The translations under genes and the position numbers were made by a program. The notes below the pieces were generated by a model. That model searched no databases. It saw only the letters and a list, made by a program, of their open reading frames with translations, and was not told the DNA's origin. 64,000 nucleotides of DNA from an uncultured Spirochaetota bacterium (GTDB lineage: Bacteria; Spirochaetota; Brevinematia; Brevinematales; JAOACQ01), in assembly GCA_963768055.1 (NCBI GenBank), contig CAVYGN010000002.1, positions 736,001 through 800,000 on the forward strand. The letters run 5' to 3'. Shown one piece after another: positions 19,150-27,831 of the stretch. The first letter of the stretch is position 1. Every line of letters begins with the position of its first letter.

Positions 19150-19731
19150 TTATTTACCCGAAAACGGAGGGTATTTATCGGTCAGAAACGACATGTACAT
19201 TGAAAGGCGCGTTGACCAGCGAATAGTGCCCACCTGGTAATTAAAAAACCCGTCGGGGTATTTTCCCGTAAACAGCACAACCCACCAGGCGAGGAACATG
19301 AGTACCAAACCCCATATTATCCTGAAGTACAGGCAGAAGCCATGCGGGATAAGGATGTAGAAAAACCCGAAAAGGAGCCTGAGAATAAGAGTCAGGCGGC
19401 TTAATTTTTCAGGATAGGGCGCCTCGAGGGTTACTGACGGATTGGACCCTCCCGGGCCGATCTGCGGGTATCCGTCTATCAGATTATAGACCGATGCGCT
19501 TAAACGGGCACTCCAGGATAAAAGTTTAACCTGGAATTCGTACCAGGACTTCGGATACTTTCCGGTAAAGAGGACTACCCAGAAAGCGAGAAACATTAGA
19601 ATCCCCGCCCAAATGGCAACAAAAAACATGATGAAAAAATGAGGAATGAGGATATAAAGCCAGCCGAAAAAAGTCCTCAACAGTAATTGTCCCCTGGAAA
19701 ACTTTTCCTGTTTTTTGATCGTGAATTCCAT
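19150..19731 (-). CDS. DUF4389-like membrane protein (two tandem repeats)
   Basis: Two copies of SR..LLR..FG..YILIPH.F....W..LMFLA.WVVLFTGKYP; ends TDKYPPFS. Confidence 0.85.
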   Translation of the reverse strand: MEFTIKKQEKFSRGQLLLRTFFGWLYILIPHFFIMFFVAIWAGILMFLAFWVVLFTGKYPKSWYEFQVKLLSWSARLSASVYNLIDGYPQIGPGGSNPSVTLEAPYPEKLSRLTLILRLLFGFFYILIPHGFCLYFRIIWGLVLMFLAWWVVLFTGKYPDGFFNYQVGTIRWSTRLSMYMSFLTDKYPPFSGK

Positions 19732-19836
19732 AATTACCTCCCTAGAAAATTATTTATAAAATATTAGATCATTTTAATTAATAAATATTTAATTGCAAGA
19801 TATATCTTGAATATTTTGTAAAAATATTTTGAAACC

Positions 19837-20283
19837 TTAACCCTTCTTATCGACGATCCCAGTGCTGCCAAAACCACCCGCGCCCCTTCCCGTTTCGGAT
19901 AATCCGGATGCTACTGTGAATTCTGCTTTTCCAACTTTCTGAACAATAAGTTGTGCGATCCGGTCGTTGTGATTTATTGTAAAATTCGTTCCGCTAAGGT
20001 TCATAAGTATCACTTTGATCTCGCCCCTGTAGTCAGCGTCTATTGTCCCGGGAGAATTAGGAAGGATTATACCCTTGGCCGCAAGACCGCTTCTCGGCCT
20101 TACCTGGGCTTCGAAACCTTCTGGAAGTTCGATCGAAATACCCGTAGGCACAAGCGTTATTCCCATGGGTGAGAGCAATAGCTCTTTATCCAGGCATGAA
20201 TACAGATCGGCCCCCGCGCTTTGAAGGGTCTTGTATTCCGGAAGCCTGGCGTTTTGATTTAGTTTTTTGACTTTTACTATCAT
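19837..20283 (-). CDS. dut: dUTP diphosphatase
   Basis: SAGADL, RPRSGLA, NSPGTIDADYRGE, RGAGGFGSTG. Confidence 0.97.
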   Translation of the reverse strand: MIVKVKKLNQNARLPEYKTLQSAGADLYSCLDKELLLSPMGITLVPTGISIELPEGFEAQVRPRSGLAAKGIILPNSPGTIDADYRGEIKVILMNLSGTNFTINHNDRIAQLIVQKVGKAEFTVASGLSETGRGAGGFGSTGIVDKKG

Positions 20284-20322
20284 TTTTTGTTCTCCTGAAT
20301 TACCGTGTCCCCCCGGTTTCGA

Positions 20323-21180
20323 TTATGAATCTGATCTGTTGACAATTATATTATCAATCAATCTTGTATTACCTATATAAACAGCGGCGGCGATAAGGAC
20401 TTTGTTTTCAAGAATTTCGATATCCGAAAGGGATTCGGGATCGGCGATCGAGATATAATCGACCCTGGAACCGGTCGAATTCGTTAAGATAAAATCCTCG
20501 ATTTTTCCGATGATTACCTGAGAACGCTTTTCTCCGCCGAGTATGAGATCTTCTCCAAGTTTAAGTGCGCGATATATTGCTGAAGCTTCGTCTTTTTGTT
20601 TATCGGTCAGGTATTTGTTCCTTGAACTCATGGCCAGGCCGTTAGTCTCCCGGACGATGGGAATTATCTTTATTTCGGTTGAAAAATTAAGGTCTGCAGC
20701 CATTCTCTTTATTATAAGGGCCTGCTGGTAGTCCTTTTGGCCGAAATATGCCGTATGGGGTATTGTTATATTAAAAAGTTTAGCGACTACCGTTGCAACC
20801 CCCCTGAAATGCCCCTCGCGCTTGAGCCCGCAAAGATGCCGGGGCAGATTTTTGAGATCGATATAAGTTTCGAAAAAACTTCCATACATCTGTTCAGAGG
20901 ATGGTAAAAACAGGTAATCCGTATTTTCATGTTTTAAAAGAATAGAATCCTGTTCAAGTGTACGGGGATATTTATTGAAATCCTCATTCGGACCGAATTG
21001 AATAGGATTTACAAAAATGCTGACGGTTACGATTTCGTTTTCTCTCCGGGCAGCCCTGACAAGGCTTAGATGTCCGTCATGCAGAGCGCCCATTGTGGGC
21101 ACAAGGCCTATTTTTTTACCCGAAAAGATTTCGTTCCTTGTAATTGAGGACATTTCCGAAATATTTTCGACGATCTTCAT
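20323..21180 (-). CDS. panC: Pantoate-beta-alanine ligase
   Basis: VPTMGALHDGH, SIFVNPIQF, FGQKDYQQ, GLAMSSRN, TRLIDN. Confidence 0.97.
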   Translation of the reverse strand: MKIVENISEMSSITRNEIFSGKKIGLVPTMGALHDGHLSLVRAARRENEIVTVSIFVNPIQFGPNEDFNKYPRTLEQDSILLKHENTDYLFLPSSEQMYGSFFETYIDLKNLPRHLCGLKREGHFRGVATVVAKLFNITIPHTAYFGQKDYQQALIIKRMAADLNFSTEIKIIPIVRETNGLAMSSRNKYLTDKQKDEASAIYRALKLGEDLILGGEKRSQVIIGKIEDFILTNSTGSRVDYISIADPESLSDIEILENKVLIAAAVYIGNTRLIDNIIVNRSDS

Positions 21181-21181
21181 C

Positions 21182-23005
21182 TCATTTACCGTTTTTTTCA
21201 GACCTGTATTTTAATGCTGCGGTGATGAACGATTTAAAAATAGGGTGGGGTTCGATGGGTGACGATTTGAACTCGGGATGGAATTGGCCGCCTAAAAACC
21301 AGGGATGATCGGCGATTTCAGCCATCTCTACCAATCCGGATTCCGCAAAGGCGCTGAAGGAAAGCCCGTTTTTCTCAAGGATTTCAATATATTCCGGATT
21401 GACTTCATAACGATGTCTGTGCCTTTCTTCTATTTCCTCTTTTTGGTAAACCTGAAAAGCGAGAGTGCCTTTTTTTACCCTGGATTTCGCAGCCCCTTTT
21501 CTCATGGTCCCGCCCATATAATTTACACCCTTCAAGTTTGCAAGAAGTTCTATGACGGGTTCTTCAGTTGTCGGTTCAAATTCTCTGGAATGGGCGTTTA
21601 CGATCCCGCAGACATTCCTTGCATATTCTATCACAGAACATTGCATGCCCAGGCATATCCCGAGGAAGGGGATCTTCTTTTCCCTGGCGAAAGTTACGGC
21701 TTTGATCTTTCCTTCCACCCCGCGGTTTCCGAAGCCTCCCGGGATTAATATACCGTCAATTTCTTCGGAAAGGAGGCCCCTGTAATCAATAAATTTAAGG
21801 ATGCTCCGTATCCTGTTTTTATTTTCCTCGCTCGTATCCTCTGCCAGTTCAAAATAATTACTGCTTGAGTCTTTCTGGTAAACGCTGCATAAGAAGTCCC
21901 TGTCCCCTTCATTCGGTATCCGGCTCAATATATTGTTATCAAAATGATCGACTATCGCCCTTTTAAGAATTCCATCCTCGAATATTTCGCCTTCATAATG
22001 TTCTGCGTCGATCTTTTTTACACGGACGTGAACCTTGTTCGCTATTCCCCCATGTGTAAGCGCTGCATCGACGCTTTTATAAGTATCTTCAAGATTAATA
22101 TATTTACCTATTAGAGCAATAGTTACACAGTCAGTTGAATTATTGCAGATCTCCACCATCCTTGTCCATTTCACAAGGTCCGGTTTCCTGTTGGGAAGGC
22201 CGAGCTTTTCGAGGATCATATGATCCGCCCCTTGGCGGTGGAAAACAAGAGGAACTTCATATACTGTGCCGCTTACATCGACCGCAGAAAAAATATTTTC
22301 TTCCTCGATGTTGCAGAACAATGCCATCTTTGTTTTTACGGAAGGGGGCAGCATGGTTTCCGAACGGCAGAATAGGAAATCAGGCTGAATTCCCATAGAC
22401 ATCAAAGCCTTCACCGAATGCTGGGATGGTTTAGTTTTAAATTCCCCTGAACCTTTAATAGTCGGTACGAGAGTCAGGTGTGCGAATTTAACGTTGCTTT
22501 TTCCCTCTTCGATTGTAAATTGTCTCACAGCCTCGATAAAGGGAAGTCCCTCAATATCCCCGACAGTACCGCCAAGCTCGATGATAATGATATCAGAATT
22601 GGACCCTTCGTCAAGAATGCGTATTCTTCTCTTAATTTCATCAGTAATGTGGGGTATGACCTGGACTGTCTGGCCTAAATAATCCCCTCTTCTTTCAGAA
22701 TCGATGACATTCTGATAAACCTGCCCGGTCGTAAGACTGGAAAGCTTTGATGTTTCTATTCGGACATATCTCTCGTAATTGCCGAGATCCAGATCGGTTT
22801 CAGCCCCGTCATTTGTCACATAAACTTCACCATGCTGGTATGGACTCATTGTCCCGGCGTCCACGTTCAGATACGGATCGATTTTCATCATGTTTATCTT
22901 GAACCCCGATGCTTTCAAAAGTACGCCGATGGACGCTGCGGTGATGCCTTTTCCAAGGGAGGAACAAACCCCGCCGGTGACGAAAATATATTTTTTAATA
23001 CCCAT
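21182..23005 (-). CDS. pyrG: CTP synthase with an internal insertion in the glutaminase domain
   Basis: KYIFVTGGVCSSLGKG, GTMSPYQHGEV, PGGFG, GICLGMQ, ERHRHRYE, QFHPEF; start after GGGAG. Confidence 0.97.
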   Translation of the reverse strand: MGIKKYIFVTGGVCSSLGKGITAASIGVLLKASGFKINMMKIDPYLNVDAGTMSPYQHGEVYVTNDGAETDLDLGNYERYVRIETSKLSSLTTGQVYQNVIDSERRGDYLGQTVQVIPHITDEIKRRIRILDEGSNSDIIIIELGGTVGDIEGLPFIEAVRQFTIEEGKSNVKFAHLTLVPTIKGSGEFKTKPSQHSVKALMSMGIQPDFLFCRSETMLPPSVKTKMALFCNIEEENIFSAVDVSGTVYEVPLVFHRQGADHMILEKLGLPNRKPDLVKWTRMVEICNNSTDCVTIALIGKYINLEDTYKSVDAALTHGGIANKVHVRVKKIDAEHYEGEIFEDGILKRAIVDHFDNNILSRIPNEGDRDFLCSVYQKDSSSNYFELAEDTSEENKNRIRSILKFIDYRGLLSEEIDGILIPGGFGNRGVEGKIKAVTFAREKKIPFLGICLGMQCSVIEYARNVCGIVNAHSREFEPTTEEPVIELLANLKGVNYMGGTMRKGAAKSRVKKGTLAFQVYQKEEIEERHRHRYEVNPEYIEILEKNGLSFSAFAESGLVEMAEIADHPWFLGGQFHPEFKSSPIEPHPIFKSFITAALKYRSEKNGK

Positions 23006-23174
23006 ACAGGCTCCCGACAATGACAATTTATATTATCTCAATATTGAAGAAAAAGCAAAAGATTTACAGGGACGGTAAACCACAGGGATTAAGACTTTAT
23101 GTGAACCCGATAAAATTTTCAAATTTGGCTTTTATTATTTATAATATAAGCAGGCGATATATTTATGGTGTTAT

Positions 23175-23603
23175 ATGATATTTAAATTTACTATATCCGG
23201 AAAAGAGGAAGAAGTAGTACAGTTTGAAAAAGAACTGCTTGATATTCTCCAAAAAATCACGGGAAATAAGGGAATGCTGGCTTATGAAATTCACTTCTGC
23301 GTACATGAGGCTATTCTGAACGTTATTCAGCATACTTATAAATGGAACCTGGAACAACCGATCGATATCCGGATCGATGTGACAAAGGTTAATTCATCGT
23401 CGCAGGAGCTGGAAATATCGATAAGGGATTACGGACCGAAAATAGAAAAACCTATAACTCCGCCCAAACATATCGGCCGGTTTCAACTGAGGAAAAGAGG
23501 GCTTTACATGATCAGTAAAATTATGGATGATTGCACTATAGAGCCCCAGGTTAAAGGCGGAAACATGACTTATATGAAAAAATTATTAGTTAATTCGAAT
23601 TAA
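23175..23603 (+). CDS. Anti-sigma factor / Ser kinase (RsbW/SpoIIAB-like HATPase)
   Basis: HEAILNVIQH N box, IRDYG, RGLYMISKIMD; adjacent STAS gene. Confidence 0.8.
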   Translation: MIFKFTISGKEEEVVQFEKELLDILQKITGNKGMLAYEIHFCVHEAILNVIQHTYKWNLEQPIDIRIDVTKVNSSSQELEISIRDYGPKIEKPITPPKHIGRFQLRKRGLYMISKIMDDCTIEPQVKGGNMTYMKKLLVNSN

Positions 23604-23622
23604 TAAATCAAGGAGATCTGTT

Positions 23623-23997
23623 TTGGATGGAAAACTTAATATCAAAGTGTCCATTTATAAGGAAATAATTGCAATAGTAAACTTCTCAGGCGAGTTTACG
23701 GTTTTTGTTCAGGAATTTGAGCTTTTATACAAGGAGCTGCTGGCTTATATAAAATCAGGGATTTACCGTTTCATTTTAAATCTGGACGGCCTGTCTTACA
23801 TCGATTCTTCGGGGATCGGCGTTATTATGCGCCTGGCGACGAATGCTTCAAAACACAATTCATTGATCTGCGTCATCTGCGACCAGCCCCAGATCCTCAA
23901 AATTCTCGGCATTTCGAATGTGGATAAGATCGTCCATTTTGTCGGGAGCGCTGAGGATGGCATATCGTATTACAAATCGGTGAATAATTTCGAATAG
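23623..23997 (+). CDS. Anti-sigma factor antagonist (STAS domain)
   Basis: ILNLDGLSYIDSSGIG phosphoacceptor motif; TTG start after AGGAG. Confidence 0.88.
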   Translation: MDGKLNIKVSIYKEIIAIVNFSGEFTVFVQEFELLYKELLAYIKSGIYRFILNLDGLSYIDSSGIGVIMRLATNASKHNSLICVICDQPQILKILGISNVDKIVHFVGSAEDGISYYKSVNNFE

Positions 23998-24030
23998 CAT
24001 CACAGCCAAGCCGTAAAAAACTCCCACACG

Positions 24031-24060
24031 CCTAAAAAAAATCGTAAAATGACCGAAAAA
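24031..24060 (+). promoter_or_regulatory. Putative sigma28 (FliA) promoter
   Basis: CCTAAA-N16-CCGAAAA; near-identical boxes occur upstream of flgM. Confidence 0.55.
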
Positions 24061-24091
24061 TAAAGAACGGCCCCGCGGAGGTTGTTTTTTT

Positions 24092-25630
24092 ATGAATAGG
24101 TCCATTGTGTCGATTTGCCTGCTTTTATTCTGCAGTTCTCTTGTCCATACCTTAAAACCCTTTACTACCGAAAGCATACTGCTCCTGGAAAGCCGGGATA
24201 TTAAGGTTTTTCAAATGGAAAACCTGAATCTCAAGAAATTGAATCAGAGGTATGTATTTCAGATCAATGAAAACACTAATTATGATATCAATTCTTACGA
24301 TCTTTACCTTGATTTCGAAAATCCGAGTCTTTCATTGATCAATTACAATATTATTTATTCGAAATTCGAAATGAATAAATACCAGAGCGTCAACGGAAAT
24401 TATTCGGGTAAATTTTACTTTTCGGATAATTATATTTCACTGCTGCCTCTGCCGACATCGATTTTTGCGCCAGGTAATATTATAGGCAGTTTTACGATCG
24501 ATTTCTGGCTTTACACATACAAAAATTATGATAATCAATATGTAATTAAGTATATCGGTAACAATCTTTCGGATGAAAAAGATAAAAATATTTACGGATT
24601 TTCTATTTTTATTAAAAACAGCAGGGTAGTATATCAGTTCCAGAATTTTTTCTTTAATGAAAAAAAAGAATCCGTTTCCCTCGAGATTAAAGATGAGGAA
24701 AATATCGTTCTTAATAAATGGGAGCATCATGCCCTGACCTTTGATATTAAAAGCGGGAAAATTTCTGTCTATAAAAATGATATGGAACAGGATGTCAAAT
24801 GGGTGACTGAAAATGGTTCGCCTTTATCGGAGGTATTGACCCCAAGAATAAAGGAGGAAATGAGCGCTCCTTTTCTGATAGGTAAGGGCTCGTTTTTTTC
24901 AATGGACAACTTTAAGATCGGGAGATATACAGCGAACGGGTTCGATTTGAAAAAATTCAATACAGGGAATTCTTATTTGATAACGGACGTATATAAGTAC
25001 TCAACGAATAAATCTGTTTTAAAAAAACTGTCTTACCAGGCGGATAGGCCGGATTACTCATTTATCAAGTTCTCTTACAGGATTTCCGATTCATATTTTC
25101 TGCCTGACGATAAAAACATCAAATGGGTTTTCCTTCAAAACGGCTCCGAGAATTTCCCTGAAAACCTGAATACTGGAAAATATATACAATTTATGCTCCA
25201 GATCTTTCCCTATGAAAATGAGGATAAAGAAATAAATATTTATTCGATAAAATTGGATTATTCTGAAAACAACTCTCCCGCAAGTCCTGTAATATCCGGT
25301 GCAGAGCCTATGGACGGTAAAATCCTCCTGACCTGGATACCTACCCCGGAGGACGATATTACGGGATATGAGATCTATTACGGCAATATGATTGGAGATT
25401 ATATCTGCGGGGATGCCGCTGAGGGAAAATCGCCGATCTTTGTCGTAGCGACTGAACCGGGTAAAATAAACCCCGTTACTTATTTAATGACCGGGCTTGT
25501 CAACGAAAGGCCTTATTTCATATCTGTCAGAAGCGTAGATAACAGCGGGCATAAGAGCCCCTATTCAAAAGAAGTATATGTAAGGCCAAGTTCAATTTAT
25601 AACAATGACAAATATAGTGTGGGAAGATAG
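24092..25630 (+). CDS. Secreted LamG-like jelly-roll plus fibronectin-III domain protein
   Basis: Signal peptide; SFTIDFWLY and WEHHALTFD (LamG); LTWIP..DITGYEIYYG..GLVNERPYFISVRSVD..S.YS (FN3). Confidence 0.8.
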   Translation: MNRSIVSICLLLFCSSLVHTLKPFTTESILLLESRDIKVFQMENLNLKKLNQRYVFQINENTNYDINSYDLYLDFENPSLSLINYNIIYSKFEMNKYQSVNGNYSGKFYFSDNYISLLPLPTSIFAPGNIIGSFTIDFWLYTYKNYDNQYVIKYIGNNLSDEKDKNIYGFSIFIKNSRVVYQFQNFFFNEKKESVSLEIKDEENIVLNKWEHHALTFDIKSGKISVYKNDMEQDVKWVTENGSPLSEVLTPRIKEEMSAPFLIGKGSFFSMDNFKIGRYTANGFDLKKFNTGNSYLITDVYKYSTNKSVLKKLSYQADRPDYSFIKFSYRISDSYFLPDDKNIKWVFLQNGSENFPENLNTGKYIQFMLQIFPYENEDKEINIYSIKLDYSENNSPASPVISGAEPMDGKILLTWIPTPEDDITGYEIYYGNMIGDYICGDAAEGKSPIFVVATEPGKINPVTYLMTGLVNERPYFISVRSVDNSGHKSPYSKEVYVRPSSIYNNDKYSVGR

Positions 25631-25634
25631 ATAA

Positions 25635-26489
25635 TTACTTGATTATTTCAGTGCCTACTCCGGCGCTGGTTAGAAGTTCCAGGATCAGCGAATGTTCTAT
25701 TGTTCCGTCTATAATATGGACTTTTTCAACCCCATGATTAAGGGATTTTAATGCGGATTCAACCTTTGGGAGCATTCCCTTATCGATTATCCCGTCCTTA
25801 ATCAGTTTCTTTATTCCGGCGCCGTCGATAGCCGGGATAAAGGTGTTTTCATCGTTTAAATCGGAATATATTCCTTTGATATCCGTCATATAAATAAGTT
25901 TCGAGGCTTTCAAGCTGATCGCTATTTCGCCCGCTGCTGTGTCGGCATTTATGTTGAAGGCTTCGCCGTCGCTTCCTGCTGCTACGGGCGACACTACAGG
26001 AATGTATCCCTTTTCAATTAAAGTAAGCAGTAATTCCGGGTTGATTTTGATAATCGAACCTACCCTCCCGAGTTTATGGTCCTTTTTTTCCGCCACTATC
26101 AACTTTCCATCCCTGCCTGAAATCCCGGCGGCTTTTCCCCCTTTCGAATTGATCCGGGCCGTAATTTCCTTGTTTATAGAACCGCTGAGCACCATTTCGG
26201 TAATTTCCATCGTCTCCGTGTCTGTGACCCTATGGCCCGATATAAAAACAGCTTCCTTTCCCAATTTCCCCATTAATGTTGTTATATGAGGCCCGCCTCC
26301 ATGGACTAAAACTATATTAATGCCGATGAATTTTAACAAAACAAGGTCCTGGATAACCTTTCCCTTTAGGACGGGATCCTCCATAGCGTTTCCGCCATAT
26401 TTGATAATAATGGTTTTATTATGGAATTCTTCGATGTAAGGCAGGGCTTCGATAATAATGCGGGCTTTTTCAATAAATTCTTTTTTCAA
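25635..26489 (-). CDS. argB: Acetylglutamate kinase
   Basis: EALPYI, IKYGGNAM, VHGGGP, GHRVTD, NINADTAA, GMLPKV; start probably TTG 26489 (or ATG 26501), not 26594, which lies inside the tRNA. Confidence 0.95.
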   Translation of the reverse strand: MKKEFIEKARIIIEALPYIEEFHNKTIIIKYGGNAMEDPVLKGKVIQDLVLLKFIGINIVLVHGGGPHITTLMGKLGKEAVFISGHRVTDTETMEITEMVLSGSINKEITARINSKGGKAAGISGRDGKLIVAEKKDHKLGRVGSIIKINPELLLTLIEKGYIPVVSPVAAGSDGEAFNINADTAAGEIAISLKASKLIYMTDIKGIYSDLNDENTFIPAIDGAGIKKLIKDGIIDKGMLPKVESALKSLNHGVEKVHIIDGTIEHSLILELLTSAGVGTEIIK

Positions 26490-26502
26490 TTTAACCCCCA
26501 TG

Positions 26503-26550
26503 AAAAAAAATGGGCTGTCCCAGGCGAACTTATCGCGCAAGAGACAACCC
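26503..26550 (-). terminator. Rho-independent terminator after tRNA-Pro
   Basis: GGGTTGTCTC / GGGACAGCCC stem followed by A and T8 on minus strand. Confidence 0.7.
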
Positions 26551-26557
26551 GGACAAT

Positions 26558-26633
26558 TCGGGGTGGTGAGATTCGAACTCACGGCCCCTACCACCCCAAG
26601 GTAGTGCGCTAAACCAAACTGCGCTACACCCCG
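26558..26633 (-). tRNA. tRNA-Pro (GGG)
   Basis: Reverse complement CGGGGTG..CTACC-TTGGGGT-GGTAG..TTCGAAT..CACCCCGA. Confidence 0.96.
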
Positions 26634-26648
26634 ATAAATCAGATAAAT

Positions 26649-26677
26649 ATTCTAATTTTGAAGCATTTAAAAGTCAA
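26649..26677 (-). promoter_or_regulatory. sigma70 promoter for tRNA-Pro
   Basis: TTGACT-N17-TAGAAT. Confidence 0.65.
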
Positions 26678-26843
26678 ATCCCTGTTAAAAATACCTTTTT
26701 CTCGTGATTAGAGGATGAATAACGATCTGGAACCGCAGATTAAGTCCTGTAAGGATTCAATTTAAATTTACTAGCCATTAGTTTATTAATATCTGTACCT
26801 AATTACTCCGGTATATATGAGCACCAGTATTGTTTTCTGCCGC

Positions 26844-27701
26844 TTATTGCATCCCTTTCTTTTGGATTGTTGATATTTCATCTACCATAGTATATCCGGT
26901 TGGCCCTGTTGCTTTAATCAGAAGCATTCGCGGAGAATCCTCTATCCACATCATACCCTGTTTTAAATATGGTTCCATAAGTTTTGACAGAAATGGATCT
27001 GCCATTAATAGTACATATTTTATAGTATTAAATTCTCCGGCAGGTGTTTCAATGGTTTCCCTTCCTGCTGACTTAAAAGTTACCGGAATTGGATTTTTAA
27101 AAACTTGAGGTACGCATAAATATGCTATTCCAGGAACTGTAATATCAAGAAAGCGGACAATATAATATGTTGAATTCGCATCAAAGGTAGGATAACCTTT
27201 TCGAGTGGACATACTGCCCCGCATTATTTTCGTGGTGTATCCATCAAAATATTCATCAACCGAATGAATTACACCAGCTTCTTCATCCAGACTTATTGAT
27301 GCCCGGATTAGACCCTTAGCAAGACTACTATTATTGTTAGTCTCTGGATTAATATAAGAAGAATATAAAACACTTCCTGATTGAAGGTCAATTGTAATAT
27401 GCATATTATAATTTGTATAATGTTCCGGGATTTTTTGTTTCATATCAAGCTGAGATTGCCAATAGACTTCCAATCTATCTGTATTAGTATTGATGCGTGA
27501 AACAATATAGTCCACACTGCTTTTTTCCCCCGAGGTATAATGGGTCATTCTAATAAATTCTCCATCCTGAACTTTAATTTTTGAATGATGGTAAGGAATA
27601 TTGTTTTGAATACTGCTTCCCATTGCTGATACCATATTTATTGCCGTCATTACAAAAAGAAATGATAAGACATAAAAATTTAAATTTTGTCGATTAGACA
27701 T
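26844..27701 (-). CDS. Secreted DUF3108-like hypothetical protein
   Basis: Signal peptide; ETIETPAGEF motif; AGGAGG RBS; clear paralog of 13238-14079. Confidence 0.75.
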   Translation of the reverse strand: MSNRQNLNFYVLSFLFVMTAINMVSAMGSSIQNNIPYHHSKIKVQDGEFIRMTHYTSGEKSSVDYIVSRINTNTDRLEVYWQSQLDMKQKIPEHYTNYNMHITIDLQSGSVLYSSYINPETNNNSSLAKGLIRASISLDEEAGVIHSVDEYFDGYTTKIMRGSMSTRKGYPTFDANSTYYIVRFLDITVPGIAYLCVPQVFKNPIPVTFKSAGRETIETPAGEFNTIKYVLLMADPFLSKLMEPYLKQGMMWIEDSPRMLLIKATGPTGYTMVDEISTIQKKGMQ

Positions 27702-27831
27702 ATCATCCTCCTAGGCGGATGATCTTCGGACACTCGAATGCTCTTCCAATAATTATATGATGATTTCACTGATATTCCAAATTATTATCTGTGTCCATCT
27801 GTTAATATCATTATCCGGGAAGAATATCTTA

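Noticed and set aside
21780..21985. pyrG insertion as an intein or intron
   Set aside because: Too short, no N-terminal Cys/Ser or C-terminal His-Asn splice motif, and the frame is uninterrupted
24062..24091. Hairpin covering the RBS of the LamG/FN3 gene
   Set aside because: The stem relies on several G-U pairs and A/T runs; too weak to support
26502..26594. N-terminal extension of ArgB in the ORF track (MVGAVSS...)
   Set aside because: It overlaps tRNA-Pro and its terminator; the real start is downstream
26558..27830. tRNA-Pro-anchored genomic island
   Set aside because: The accessory gene is at the 5' side of the tRNA; no integrase and no duplicated tRNA 3' end seen
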